NCBI GenBank assembly: GCA_027923505.1
Contig: BROI01000010.1
Coordinates: 434,001 to 498,000 of the forward strand
Origin: Mayamaea pseudoterrestris
Taxonomy: Eukaryota
Direction of reading: 5' to 3'
DNA length: 64,000 nucleotides
Shown here: positions 26,062 through 37,674 of the stretch, in pieces
How positions within the stretch are numbered: the stretch's first letter is position 1
Layout of the letters: each line of letters opens with the position of its first letter
Program-made: the position numbers and the translations under genes
The notes under the pieces: model-generated
Databases searched by the model: none
What the model was told of the DNA's origin: nothing
Seen by the model: only the letters and a program-made list of their open reading frames with translations

Positions 26062-29000
26062 AGTAGTTGACAATTTCAAACCAGCGAAATGCGAAATGCT
26101 TCGACGTCGAGGACTTGCCCAGTGATAAACTCGATGGGAGACTTGCCGTCCAAAGGCAGGATGCGACAAATGACGGTACATCTCGGTCTGAAAGAGTAAA
26201 GCGCGTAGCCAGAAGCACGTGCCCGTTCGGTCCATAAGTCGTTCATGACTTTCCTTTACGTGCCAGATCGCATCGCTGGGTTTTGATTCTGATAATTACG
26301 GCTCCGATGTATGACGGCGGCGAATCATGTCAGCGCGTACTTCGTCAAACTCGGCACTCTCCTTCCTTGCGCCGCGGCCCGAAACTTCAGCGGGCTCAAA
26401 CTTCGCGGATGAAATCACGGAATCGTTTCGGTATCGTCACCCTCCGTCCGCATGGGGATACACGACAATGATCTGACTCGCGACAACCATAGAATAGCTG
26501 CACGTAGCACTTTTCCTGCATGTCCGGGCGATATGGTCATCCATGGCAGGTTCAGTCGAAGAACATGGTGTCATGGGCCACTCGATCATCTAGACGGTAG
26601 GCGTTCAGGGGAATGAAACTCTTTCGATGCATTAGGTAAGGGGGCATCGGCGCTCGTGCATGTTGAACTGCGTGCTATGGCGCAATATCAGATGCGTCTG
26701 CGCCGGGTACCATGCAAGGACCGGCAGCAATGCGTCGATATCGGTTTCTTTGGCAGGACGATAGACTTGTAGGCTGGTGGAGCGAGATCCGCGTATGCAT
26801 GCGACGGCACAAACATTCATCCTTCTCGGTGTAAACAGGTTGATTGTCATGTCCGATTCGTCGTCACGTTGCTCTGACGATGGGTGCGATTCCCGTCGCG
26901 AACGTGTCACGCGCGTGAAGCCCTCTTCGTCGTCACTTCTTCGTGGTCTTCGTGCTGACAACAAGTCCGGTACGTCGTCCTTCGTCATCGTCATCCGAAG
27001 ATCATAGTCGTCGTCCTCCCGGTTGGCTCGGCGTCAAAACTCATTCGGATCCCAAGGTCCATCGAAAGTCATCATGACAGGTAGGTGTGAAGCTCATGCG
27101 CCGACACTGGAAACATTAAAGTCGCCATGCCACTTTCCATTCGAGCATAACTTGTATCCGTCTGTTTCGATTAAGTACACCGCAAGTTGTAATGCTTATT
27201 CGTTTGACATGAAGTCCGAAGGCTTCCATCTGCATACTCGAATGAATCGTCTTGCCGGTTCCAGAATATCGCGTAATATGGAACTCGCCGACGACCCAAC
27301 CCTGGGTATCTTAAGCGCGACTGCTGTGACGGTGGGCAGGTCGGAATTTGAGATCCGACTCAACTTCAATCTTGTGGAACTTGTCCTCGGTAAGGATGCG
27401 GCCGTCCGCTCCCCATACTCCACACCACTCGCGCCGCGATCGACAGTCGACGCTGAATGTTTATCCAATCAATCTCTGACATTTTAACTTGCGACTCTAG
27501 CAATATTTGCTCCCCGATCGTGTCTGGGCTGATCTGGACCTAAAACTCCGCATCACGCCACGGCTAGTGTTGTTCCACACATTCGTCGCACACTCGCTGT
27601 CGTCCGCTGATGAATGGCTCGGCTTCGCTCGTGTTGTACTTTCATCGTTTTGCGTGGTGCCTGCCTGTGTTGCTGATGTCGAACACCTGCAGCACTGGCC
27701 GCTCGATTCGACCACGGCGTTCGCAAACACTTCGTGTTGCATCAAGTGGTAAGGAGTCGCCACATGTTTGGTGGAATCGTCGAATTCACGTCGCTGGGTT
27801 TCGATGCGTCTTCGTGGTCGGCATAGCAGCGAACATGCACGCGCGAGTATCTCGACCGAGGCCGCCGCCGCCATATGGCCCCGTGCTCAAGTCGCCGCGG
27901 ACCACCACCCCTGATTGGATTGCTGATTGTTGCTGCTACTGCGTAGACTGGGAATTGTTCGCGCTTGCCTTGCTTCGTCTTCTCCTTCTCTTGGTTTTGG
28001 TTTGCTCAATTGATTCGCCTGGCGTTTCTCGGTCTCCTTGATGCCACGACGATTGTCAGATTGACGTGCGACGTCGTTCAGGAGGTTCCAAAACTGGGTG
28101 TCACGTATCTTGGGTTCCCAAGTCTTGATTCACCGATGCGTCCCATGTTCACCGCCGATGCCATATCCGCATTTGGCGGAAAAACCGCGCGCTTCAAAAT
28201 CTGACGTTTCGTGCTTGCTGTAAGTAGCTTCGGTTTCCTCGGCGTTAGTCATTGTAGTTCTCTTCCTTGCTGGACCACTGGATAAAGCGCGCCAATTGAC
28301 GAGAGACTTGGCGTAACTCGCGTCGAGTGAGTAAACGCCATTCGTCTTCGGCCAACGTAGATCCAACTTGCGCGCCATCCCGTCGAGGAATAAGTCGCGC
28401 CAACGCTCTGCAATCACCTGAGGCATTCGCTGTCGATGTGCTTTGCGGACAATGAGCTTGCTCTGGCGGTGTCTTGCAGGTATACTCGAGCGCCGCTAAA
28501 AGCTTCGAACACTGATACGCTCCGGCGAATTCGGGCTCGAAAAGCAGCTGGTGCCTTGAACTTCGTCGTCCAAAAAAGTAGCCAAGTCGCTCGCTTGCAC
28601 ATGCGGTTCTTGAAGGCCGCCAGTAGGGCGCCAGAACTTCGATCGTTCTTGAGCTCCAGCATGGTCTTCAGATCCAGCTTGATGTCGTGTCGCTTCATCT
28701 CGTGGTGTCGTTGCCTCGATAACGCTGAAGTCTCCGAAACTGCGGTTGCCTGTGGTCGGTGACCCCGGTGCTGCTGGGAGGTCTCAGCTCGTAATGTGGT
28801 CTTTCTCCAGGTCTTGCCATTGCGCAGTCGTCCGACGTTGCTCGTGAATCCAACTCATGAGCTTGCGCAATCGGCTTGTTCGTATCGTCGACCACTGGTG
28901 CAGGGTCTTAATGTTCGTCACGTCTTGTTCCGACAGCTCGGCCATCGCCTCCGCAGTCGTGAGTTCCTCTTGCTTGAAACACACTGCGGTAGGGTCGTTT

Positions 29001-29248
29001 GGATCCCAAGTTGCGGATGCTGCGAGCCACGGAATGTCGAAGACTTTACCGACGGCACGCTTGTAGGTCGTTACATCAATTGTCGCCATGGTGGAGGTTG
29101 ATCAGAGGAATCGGACTCGCTGCAGACGAATGTGTCACAATAGCTCCCTCGCTCGTTCTTGCTCTCGAAGCACTGAAATGTTAATCTAACACCGTTGACG
29201 ATTTCGCAGTCAACGTCTTACCTCCAAAAAGCTCCGATACAGGGTCCT

Positions 29249-29581
29249 TGGCCACGGTCTGTACAGCTCTTGATGGAGATGGCTCGTCGAATAGTCTTGC
29301 GCTCGCCACTACACGAATACGACTGCACTCTCGTCGCAAACTAGTAGTTCTATATTGTGAGCTTATCGCTACATCGCTACATCGACCACTCGGAAGATCA
29401 TCCGATCAATCCGTTTCTTTCAATCACATTACATCAGTCGTAACTGGTCGTTCCATTCATACAACGCATCCACACGGCGGTTGCGCACTTTCTTCATTCA
29501 CATGTCACATACGACAGCTGCGGACTCGACACAAGCTAATTAGGGTTCGGGCTCTTGACTTCGCCGCTCTGCGACTTGTCA
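29249..29581 (-). repeat. Shared central LTR (3' LTR of the right unit, 5' LTR of the left unit)
   Basis: On the minus strand it is preceded by the RNase H end and a polypurine tract, and followed by a PBS-like motif and a second gag. I count about 4 substitutions relative to the other LTR. Confidence 0.8.
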
Positions 29582-32500
29582 CTCCCCTCGGGTACGCTGC
29601 TCATCGTAGCCGCATTCTTGTCCTTCACAATCGCATACGATGTATCGCCGCGCCAAAACAATACTGGCTTGAGCAATGGCATCGCATCACAGTACGGCAG
29701 GTACTTTGTCAGTACGTCCGCAATGTTCTCCTTTCCGTCAATCTTCACAAACTTGATAATCCCCGCAGCAACTGCCCAACGAACACGATGTAGGCCAACG
29801 CATTGTGTCGAACTTGGACATGGACATCGAACTTGGATTGTAGATTGCGTAATCACTGCTTGAATTGTCTCCGTTACATCCAGGCAGACTTCTCCAATGG
29901 TACGCCCATAGCCATGAGCGATGCAAACAGAGAAATGCTGATATCCGTTCCACTCTTTGCTACGCCGAATTCATCCGAGGTCGCAGTCTCGACTGTAGCC
30001 TGGAGTTTGCAATGCCAGTCAACCTCTTTGACCTGACAACTCCTTCCGCAAGTAGGGCGTCGCTAAGCGTTCATTAATCGTGCTCCGGCTCGTTCGCAAT
30101 CCGTACAACCTTGACATTGACCAGGATTCCTTCGCGCTCCCGAACTCGGGCCTCCGTATGCAGCCTTCCCCTCTCCCCCATGGCGGCTTCGAGGTAAGCA
30201 TTCCCAATGTCACCGACCATGCACTTCTTATAGTTCCTTCTCCAATGACGAGAGCTAGCCTTGTGCCTTCAATGAGATAACACTGGAGTAGGCATGAGTC
30301 GTTTGTCTTTCATCATGTGGCCTCTACAACGAGACGTGCCTTGTATCGCCAAAAATATTGGCACCATGCACAAAATGGACTCGAGGATCTTTTTGGTAAC
30401 CAGTTGGTGGTGTTGTGGTGGAACTTCGGACCAAGTCTTGAAGCGTCTCACTCGTCGTTCGAAGCTCCGCCTTCGCATCCATCATTCTTGCCCTGCAGCT
30501 TCTTTAGACTGACGCGCTTCCTTCCAGTCTCGGATGCGGACTCCAAACTTTAGCGCGGTCCGTTCTTCTGCTGCGCCATCGCATCGCCACCTCAGCACTT
30601 CTTGGTTCGGGCCCATCGATTCACTTGATGTCCATCCGTCCTTGTCGAGAAGATTATCTTTTGCCCAGCGTGAGCTCCACTGAACTTTTCGCTTTCGATC
30701 ATCACGCGTTGAAGCTCCCACTTGGCTCGTCCCGGTTACCGGGACCTATTTCGGATCTTCCAGTTCTTCGACTTAGCTCCTCAACCTGATGGTCTAGAAT
30801 CTCCTTGAAATCATTTACGCTCAGGATTCGCCATGTCTTGTTCGCCATTTTCGTAGAGATCGGAAACCTCGACATAGGACATGACTTCGTCCTTCCCGTT
30901 GCAGGATTTCAGCATCATTTAATGTTCTGATGGTTCTGGGCGTCGCGATTGTTCAACTTGCTCATGACGGTCGCTCGAACTTCTTGCCCGTCGTCCGTCT
31001 TCGCCGAAACGACTTGCCTATAAGTTCATCGGGTGCATACTTCGGGAGTTTGCGCCACGGATTGATGTTCTTCTTCTTCGGCTTGTCGTTAGTCGTCATC
31101 GGCAGGTCTCATCGGCAGGATTAGGATCATCCTCCCCGTCGTCATATGTCGTCTTCGGTATTCCACGTCGACCAAGGGGTATCGTCTTCGTCAGGAATGA
31201 AAGAATCATCGTCTCTGCTGTCGGCATCGGTAATCTTCTTGATCATTTCGGCGCCAGAGATCTCGCCACCTAGACCAGAGTGCGGTATAGAGGCGCTGGC
31301 TCACTGCACATGACTGGGAAACGGAGTGCCGATGCGCGAGGTTCAAAAATTTTGGAGTCGTTTCGGGGTAAGCAAACCGATCGCGTCATGATCCGTGGGT
31401 CTCGCAATCGCAGATGAAATGCGATCAGTTAGTCTCCATGCGTCGTGTTGGGTCAAGCCAGTACGCCGCCCAGCATCTGACACGGTACCGGGGCCTCGAC
31501 ATCCTTGACAAAGTAGTTGACAATTTCAAACCAACAAAAATGCAAATACTTCGACACGTCGGGGACTTGCCCAGTAATGATAAACTCGATGAACTTGCCC
31601 GTCCAAAGGGTGACAAATGGCGGTACATCTCGGTCTGAAGAGTAAAGCGCGTAACCAGAAGCATCCAGTCCGTTCGGTCCATAAGTCGTTCATGACTTTC
31701 CTTTACGTGCCCGATGATACTCGGCTGGGTTTTTGATTCCTGATAATGCGGCTCCGATGTATGGCGACGGCGAATCATGTCGGCGCATTACTTCATCAAA
31801 CTCGCACTCAAGCTTCCTTCGCATTCGAAGACTTCCAGGGCTCCAAACTCATGGATGAAATCGGAATCGTTTCGATCGATCACCTTTAGTCCCGCCAGAT
31901 ACACGACCAAGATCTGACTCGACAACGCCGATCTGCGCCCATTGCCACCACAGTCGTCGATATGGTCATCCATGGCAGGTTCGTCGAAGAACATGGTGTC
32001 ATGGGCCACTCGATCATCTAGACGGTAGACGTTCAGGAATCGGCTCTTTTCGATGCATTCGTGGGGGTATCGGCGCTTCGTGCATGTTGAACTGCGTGCT
32101 GTGGCGCCAAAGTGATCCTTGATCGTCTGCGCCGGGTACCATGCAAAAGTTCGGCAGCAATGCGTCGATATCGGTTTCTTTGGCAGGAGGACTTGTAGGG
32201 CTGATAGACGAGATCCGGCGATTGTACTTCTGTACGACGGCACAAACATTCAGCTCCTTCTCGGTGTAAACAGGTTGATTGTCGTGTCGAGATTCGTATA
32301 CGCCACGCTTTGCTTTGACGATGGGTGCGATTCCGCGTACGCGAACGTGTCACGCCGCGTGAAGCCCTCTTCGTCGTCACTGTCTTCCGCTTCGTCGCGC
32401 GACAGCAAGTCCGTGCGTCGTCCGTCGTCGTTCAATCGTCATCCGAAGAGTCATGTCGTCGCCCCGGTCGGCTCGGCGTCAAACTCATTCGGATCCCAAG

Positions 32501-34564
32501 GCCCATCGAAGGTCATCATGACCCGAGGTAAGGTGTGAAGGCTCATGCGCCGACACTGGAAACATTGGCAAGGTCGCCATGCCACTTTCCATTCGAGCAT
32601 AAACTTGTATCCATCTGGCGTTTCGATTCGTAACTTGCCACCAAAATTGTAATGCTTATCGTTGACATGAAGTCAGGGCTTCCATCTGCATACTCGAATG
32701 AATCGTCTTGCCAGTTCCAGAATATGCGTAATTATGGAACTCGCCGACACACCCAACCCTTGGTGCTCTTAAGCTTGGCGACTGCTGTGACGGTAGACAG
32801 GTCGGAAGCTTGAGACCACCGACACCCAGTGACTTCAATCTTGTGGAACTTGTCTGCCGGTAAGGATGCGGCCGTCCGCTCCCATACTCCGCCACTCGCG
32901 CCGCGATTGACAGTCGACGCTGAATGCTTATCCAAGTCAATGCTCGCGACTTTGTACTTGCGACTCTGAGCAATATTTGCTCCCGAGTCGTAGTCGTGGG
33001 CTGGTCTGGACCTAAGAAACTTGTGCATCGCTGAGCCACGGCACAAGTGTTGTTCACACGTTCGGTCGCCGCACTCGCCGTCGTTGCCGCTGATGAAGTG
33101 GCTGCGACGTTCGCGTTGCGTGTTGTACCGCTCGTCGTTTGCGTGGTGCCTGCCTGTGTTGCTGATGTCGAACCACCTGCAGCACTGGCCGCTCGACTCG
33201 TACCACGGCGTTCAAACACTTCGTGTTGCTGATCGCCGGTAAGGAGTCGCCACGTGTTTGGTGGAATCGGCATTCACGTCGCTGGGAATTTCGATCGTCT
33301 TCGTGTCGGCATAGCTGCGAACATACGAGCCAGTATCTCCCGACCGCGCCGCGCCGCCGCCTTGTCCGTGCTCAAGTCGCTGCGACCACCGCCCCCTGAT
33401 TGGATTGCTGATTGTTGCTGCTACTTGGCGTAGACTGGGAATTGTTCGCGCTTGCCTTCTTCGTCTTCTCCTTCTCTTTCTTGGTTTGCTCAGATTGGTT
33501 CGCCTGGCGCTTCTCGGTCTCCTTGATGCCACGACGATTGTCAGATTGACGTGCGACGTCGTTCAGGAGGTTCCAAAACTGGGTGTACGTCATCGGGTTG
33601 CCGGTCTTGGACTCTTCGATCAGCGCCATGTTCACCGCCGATGCCATATCCGCATGGCGGAAAACCGCGCGCTCCAAAATCTGACGCTTCGTGCTTGCTG
33701 TAAGTAGCTCGGTTTCCTCGGCGTAGTCATTGTAGTTCTCTTCCTTGCTGGACCACTGGATAAGCCAATTGACGAGAGACTTGGCGTAACTCGCGTCGAG
33801 AGTGAAATTGCGCCATTCGTCTTCGGCCGAACGTAGATCCAACTTGCGCGCCATCCCGTCGAGAAATGTCGCCTCCAACTCTGCAATGCACGCTGAGGCA
33901 TTCGCGCTGTCGATGTGCTTGCGGACAATGAGCTTGCTCTGCGGTGTCTTGCAGGTATACTCGAGCGCCGCTAAAAGCTTCGAACACTGATACTGATACT
34001 CGGCGAATTCGGGCTCGAGTGCCGCTGGTGCCTTGAACTCGTCGGGTCCCAAAAGTAGCCAAGTCGCCGCTTCGCATGCGGTTCTTGAAGGCCCGCCAGT
34101 AGGAGCAGAACTGCGATCGTTCTTGAGCTCCAGCATGGTCTTCAGATCCAGCTTGATGTCGTGTCGTTTCGTCGTGGTGTCGTCCTGCCTCCGATAACGC
34201 TGAAGTCTCCGAAACTGCGGTTGCCTGCGGTCGGTGACCCCGGTGCTGCTGGGAGGTCTCGGCTCGTAATGTGGTCTTTCTCCAGGTCTTGCCATTGCGC
34301 AGTCGTCCGACGTTGCTCGTGAATCCAACTCATGAGCTTGCGCAATCGGCTTGTTCGTATCGTCGACCACTGGTGCTGGGTCTTAATGTTCGTCACGTCT
34401 TGTTCCGACAGCTCGGCCATCGCCTCCGCAGTCGTGAGTTCCTCTTGCTCGAAACACACTGCGGTAGGGTCGTTTGGATCCCAAGTTGCGGATGCTGCGA
34501 GCCACGGAATGTCGAAGACTTTACCGACGGCACGCTTGTAGGTCGTTACATCAATTGTCGCCAT
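29536..34564 (-). pseudogene. Copia gag-pol polyprotein, frameshifted and with an internal RT/RNase H deletion
   Basis: ORF fragments 34142-34564, 33372-34370, 32656-33273, 31788-32249, 31425-31778, 30019-30213 and 29536-29856 carry gag, PR, IN, RT and RH motifs in order. Confidence 0.85.
29582..29589 (-). other. Polypurine tract
   Basis: GAGGGGAG lies immediately 5' of the LTR-initial TG on the minus strand. Confidence 0.75.
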
Positions 34565-34705
34565 GGTGGAGGTTGATCAGAGGAATCGGACTCGCTGCAG
34601 ACGAATGTGTCACGATAGCTCCCTCGCTCGTTCTTGCTCTCGAAGCACTGAAATGTTAATCTAACACCGTTGACGATTTCGCAGTCAACGTCTTACCTCC
34701 AAAAA

Positions 34706-34716
34706 GCTCCGATACA
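34706..34716 (-). other. PBS-like motif (second copy at 29231-29241)
   Basis: TGTATCGGAGC resembles the initiator-tRNA-Met PBS TGGTATCRGAGC but lacks one G. It lies between the LTR and gag. Confidence 0.4.
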
Positions 34717-34723
34717 GGGTCCT

Positions 34724-35056
34724 TGGCCACGGTCTGTACAGCTCTTGATGGAGATGGCTCGTCGAATAGTCTTGCGCTCGCCACTACACGAATACGACTG
34801 CACTCTCGTCGCAAACTAGTAGTTCTATATTGTGAGCTTATCGCTACATCGCTACATCGACCACTCGGAAGATCATCCGATCAATCCGTTTCTTTCAATC
34901 ACATCACATCAGTCGTAACTGGTCGTTCCATTCATACAACGCATCCACACGACGGTTGCGCACTTTCTTCATTCACATGTCACATTTGACAGCTGCGGAC
35001 TCGACACAAGCTAATTAGGGTTCGGGCTCTTGACTTCGCCGCTCTGCGACTTGTCA
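34724..35056 (-). repeat. 5' LTR of the Copia element (inner boundary approximate)
   Basis: Begins TGACAAGTCG on the minus strand at 35056. Identity with the 29.2-29.6 kb copy ends exactly there. The putative CA end is at 34724. Confidence 0.8.
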
Positions 35057-35460
35057 GTCAATGACTCATTCTCAAGCATTTTTCACTTAAATCACTACGT
35101 CTATCACTGGCAATAGGGGGAGTTGAATAGACTTACTCCCATGATTGGTAACAGTGAAAAACTACTGATACGTTGAAGCCAAAACCAAGGTGCCAGACCT
35201 GAATCTGGTGATGTGGAAGGGCATACTATGATTCTCTACAAAGCACTTTGCCACCCACAAACCAGTGGAGCACTATTCCACAAGTAACTTGCGGAAGCAC
35301 TCTGCATAGGGCTTCAAAGCATGGTCCCCAATCCAGATGTTTGGATAAGCAACTGTAGCCATTGGTATGAGACATTTGTACTTATGATCAAGAGCTTTAT
35401 GGCAATCGTGATTGACCCAGGCACATTCTACAACAATTTACGCAACAAACACAAGTTCTG
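35057..35460 (+). mobile_element. Old degenerate Copia reverse-transcriptase fossil, opposite in orientation to the young element
   Basis: Decayed RT motifs SLKSLRLSLAIGELN, YVEAKT, PESGDVEGHTMILYKAL..QTSGALFHK*LAEAL and PDVWI..HWYE, with stops and frameshifts. Confidence 0.7.
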
Positions 35461-37674
35461 CGTGTTTGTGGCTGCCTTCACAGGCTCCCAATGCAGCCAT
35501 CCGCTTCCACAAGCAGTGGATAGAGAATGGAGTCACTTTTGCTGAATCACCTACTTATGACTGGCAACAAACCATCTATGATAAACCCAAGGAAGGGGTC
35601 CTTTCACACTCTAGCCAAAACCAAATGGCAAGGCAGGTTCAAAGATGCCAACATTGCACATTGCAAAGTCACTGGAATGCATACACAGTATTCTTTCATT
35701 TCATTCAGCAGACTCCATTCAAGTGGTTTGCCAAACTTCAAGATATTGTTGAACATGCCCTTTCCACCAGCCACATTCTGAACATTCGCACATGGTCATT
35801 TGCCTAAAACAGAACTAATGCACCAGCTTACCACACATTGCTTGGTTCTTGCAGTGGGAAAGCTCTACTTCACTACTATAATTATACTATTAAACATGCA
35901 AGAAGAGGTTGTCCAAACTGATTCCCTGCAATAATTATGTCAAAAGGTTTGCTTAGCAGGTCACAGTCTCAATGATGAAAGACAATCTCAGTGCTTTGGT
36001 ACAACCCACTGCTTGTCTATTGCTCAGTCCAGCAGCTTGCCCACTATGTGAGCATGCAACCTCCTTTTTCTCTATTGCTGCCTCAGTTTATATGCTTGCC
36101 CACCATGTGAGCTTGGAGAAGAGCAAGTTGATGAATGAAATGGGGCCAAACCTGATTGACAGGTGAGAAGATACCTGGATGTAATGGATGCCAATCAGCA
36201 CAAGTGCAGATTGCCCTCCATTGCATGGCTGTTTCCTTCCGCGTGCCTGGCGCCATGTGGCAAGAACAGCGGAAGAAGGAAAGAGAAAGGAGAACAAGAA
36301 GACTCTGGATCAGGTGGAAAGACCCTGAGATGGCTCCTGATAAGAGGAGCTAGCTAACGATAAGGAGCACACAAGCAACCAGGGCCATATGGACTGGTGA
36401 CTTGGATGCAAACCTTTAGCTACAGTCTCATAACCTATAAATTTTGACATGGAGGAAGAATGTAAATCTTCTAGTAGATGAGGTCGACACACCTCAAAGT
36501 AAAACTGCTCCCAAAATAGCCTTGAGTGTGGGGCACATGACTTCCTGGGAGCTTCTCAAAGTTAATGCTGCACAGAAGGTGCTGACCATCATAAACGGAT
36601 AACGATCTCCTTTATATCGAGACCAGTGTTCTGTAGGGCACCTGCTGCCGTTCATCTGTTGGAATGAGCCACTATATGTGTGACATTTTGGTGAAGAAAA
36701 TGGTTTGGATTGGGGTAAGCTCCAACCATGGCTGCGTGCATCACTTTGATGATATCACGAGACAGTAGATATTCGTAGCTTCCCACCGTAGTTGTGCAAA
36801 AAAATGCCCGAAAAACTCATTGCTCAGGTGGCGGTGTAGGCACTGAGCTTGTCCAATGATGAATACTGCCTGGGCTAAGAAGGGGCGCAGAGGACAAAAA
36901 TTTTTGGATAGATAAGTTCTTCTGACACGTCCATTCGGAGTTCGCACGGCGAACGATGTATCCTCACCCTCTGTAGTCGTTTCCCAAGGTGAGCGAGGGA
37001 TGATCAGTCCTTTACCTTGGTTTATCCTACAGGGGTCTTATCCTACAAAACGCTAGTTGATTAAGCAGTTCTCTAGAAAGTGAGTTGATTTACGATCGGT
37101 CGAGAAAGAGCGATTGATCAGATGGCTCTTTCAAGACCATTCACGATAATAGAATACTAATCTTGTTTAACCGCGGGGTGGCACACATGCAAAAACCACA
37201 AGTTGCAGATTCTTCCCTGTCAAACGCCCCATGCCCTGGCAACCCAAACACTCCAATGAGTCAGCAAAACATGTCCAGGGTATGTCATTGACAGGTGCAG
37301 AGTCTCAAATGGTGCAAAAAGGACTGCCTAGGCTGGAAAACATGGGAACGGCTCCACTGTGGGTATGGCCAAACCACAAGTTGCAGATTCTTCCTCTTGT
37401 CAAACGCCCCATGCCCTGCCACCCAAATACCCAATGAGTCAGGCAAACTTGTCCAGGGTAGGCCATTGACAGGCATAGTCCTCAAATGGTGCAAAAAGGA
37501 CCGCCTGGAGGCTGACACCATGGACGGCCTCCACTGCGGGTACCAACATCACAAGTTGCAGATTCTTCCCTGTCAAACGCCCCATGCCCTGGCCACCCAA
37601 ATACCCAATGAGTCAGGCAAAACATGTCCAGGGGATGCTTACAGGGCAGAGTCTCAAGGTGCAAAAAGCTCATG

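Larger units (their letters stand above)
26062..35056 (-). mobile_element. Ty1/copia (CoDi-like) LTR retrotransposon in tandem: LTR-internal-LTR-partial internal
   Basis: There are two ~333-bp near-identical LTRs 5475 bp apart, each followed on the minus strand by the gag start MATIDVTTY (34564 and 29089). Pol motifs occur in Copia order: protease (TVD/NRGASG, GKTIHSSMQMEA), integrase (RLDDRVAHDTMF, EPHYQ), RT (GDIGNAYLEA, YGLRTS) and RNase H (QATVETAT, ENIADVLTK). Confidence 0.92.

Noticed and set aside
17241..26125. Many 60-140 aa ORFs in satellite A
   Set aside because: These are by-products of a 181-bp repeat, whose length is not a multiple of 3. They have no protein motifs.
29540..29547. 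TTAGGGTT telomere-like motif in the LTR (also at ~35015)
   Set aside because: It is a single unit per LTR, not a telomeric tract, and is compatible with chance.
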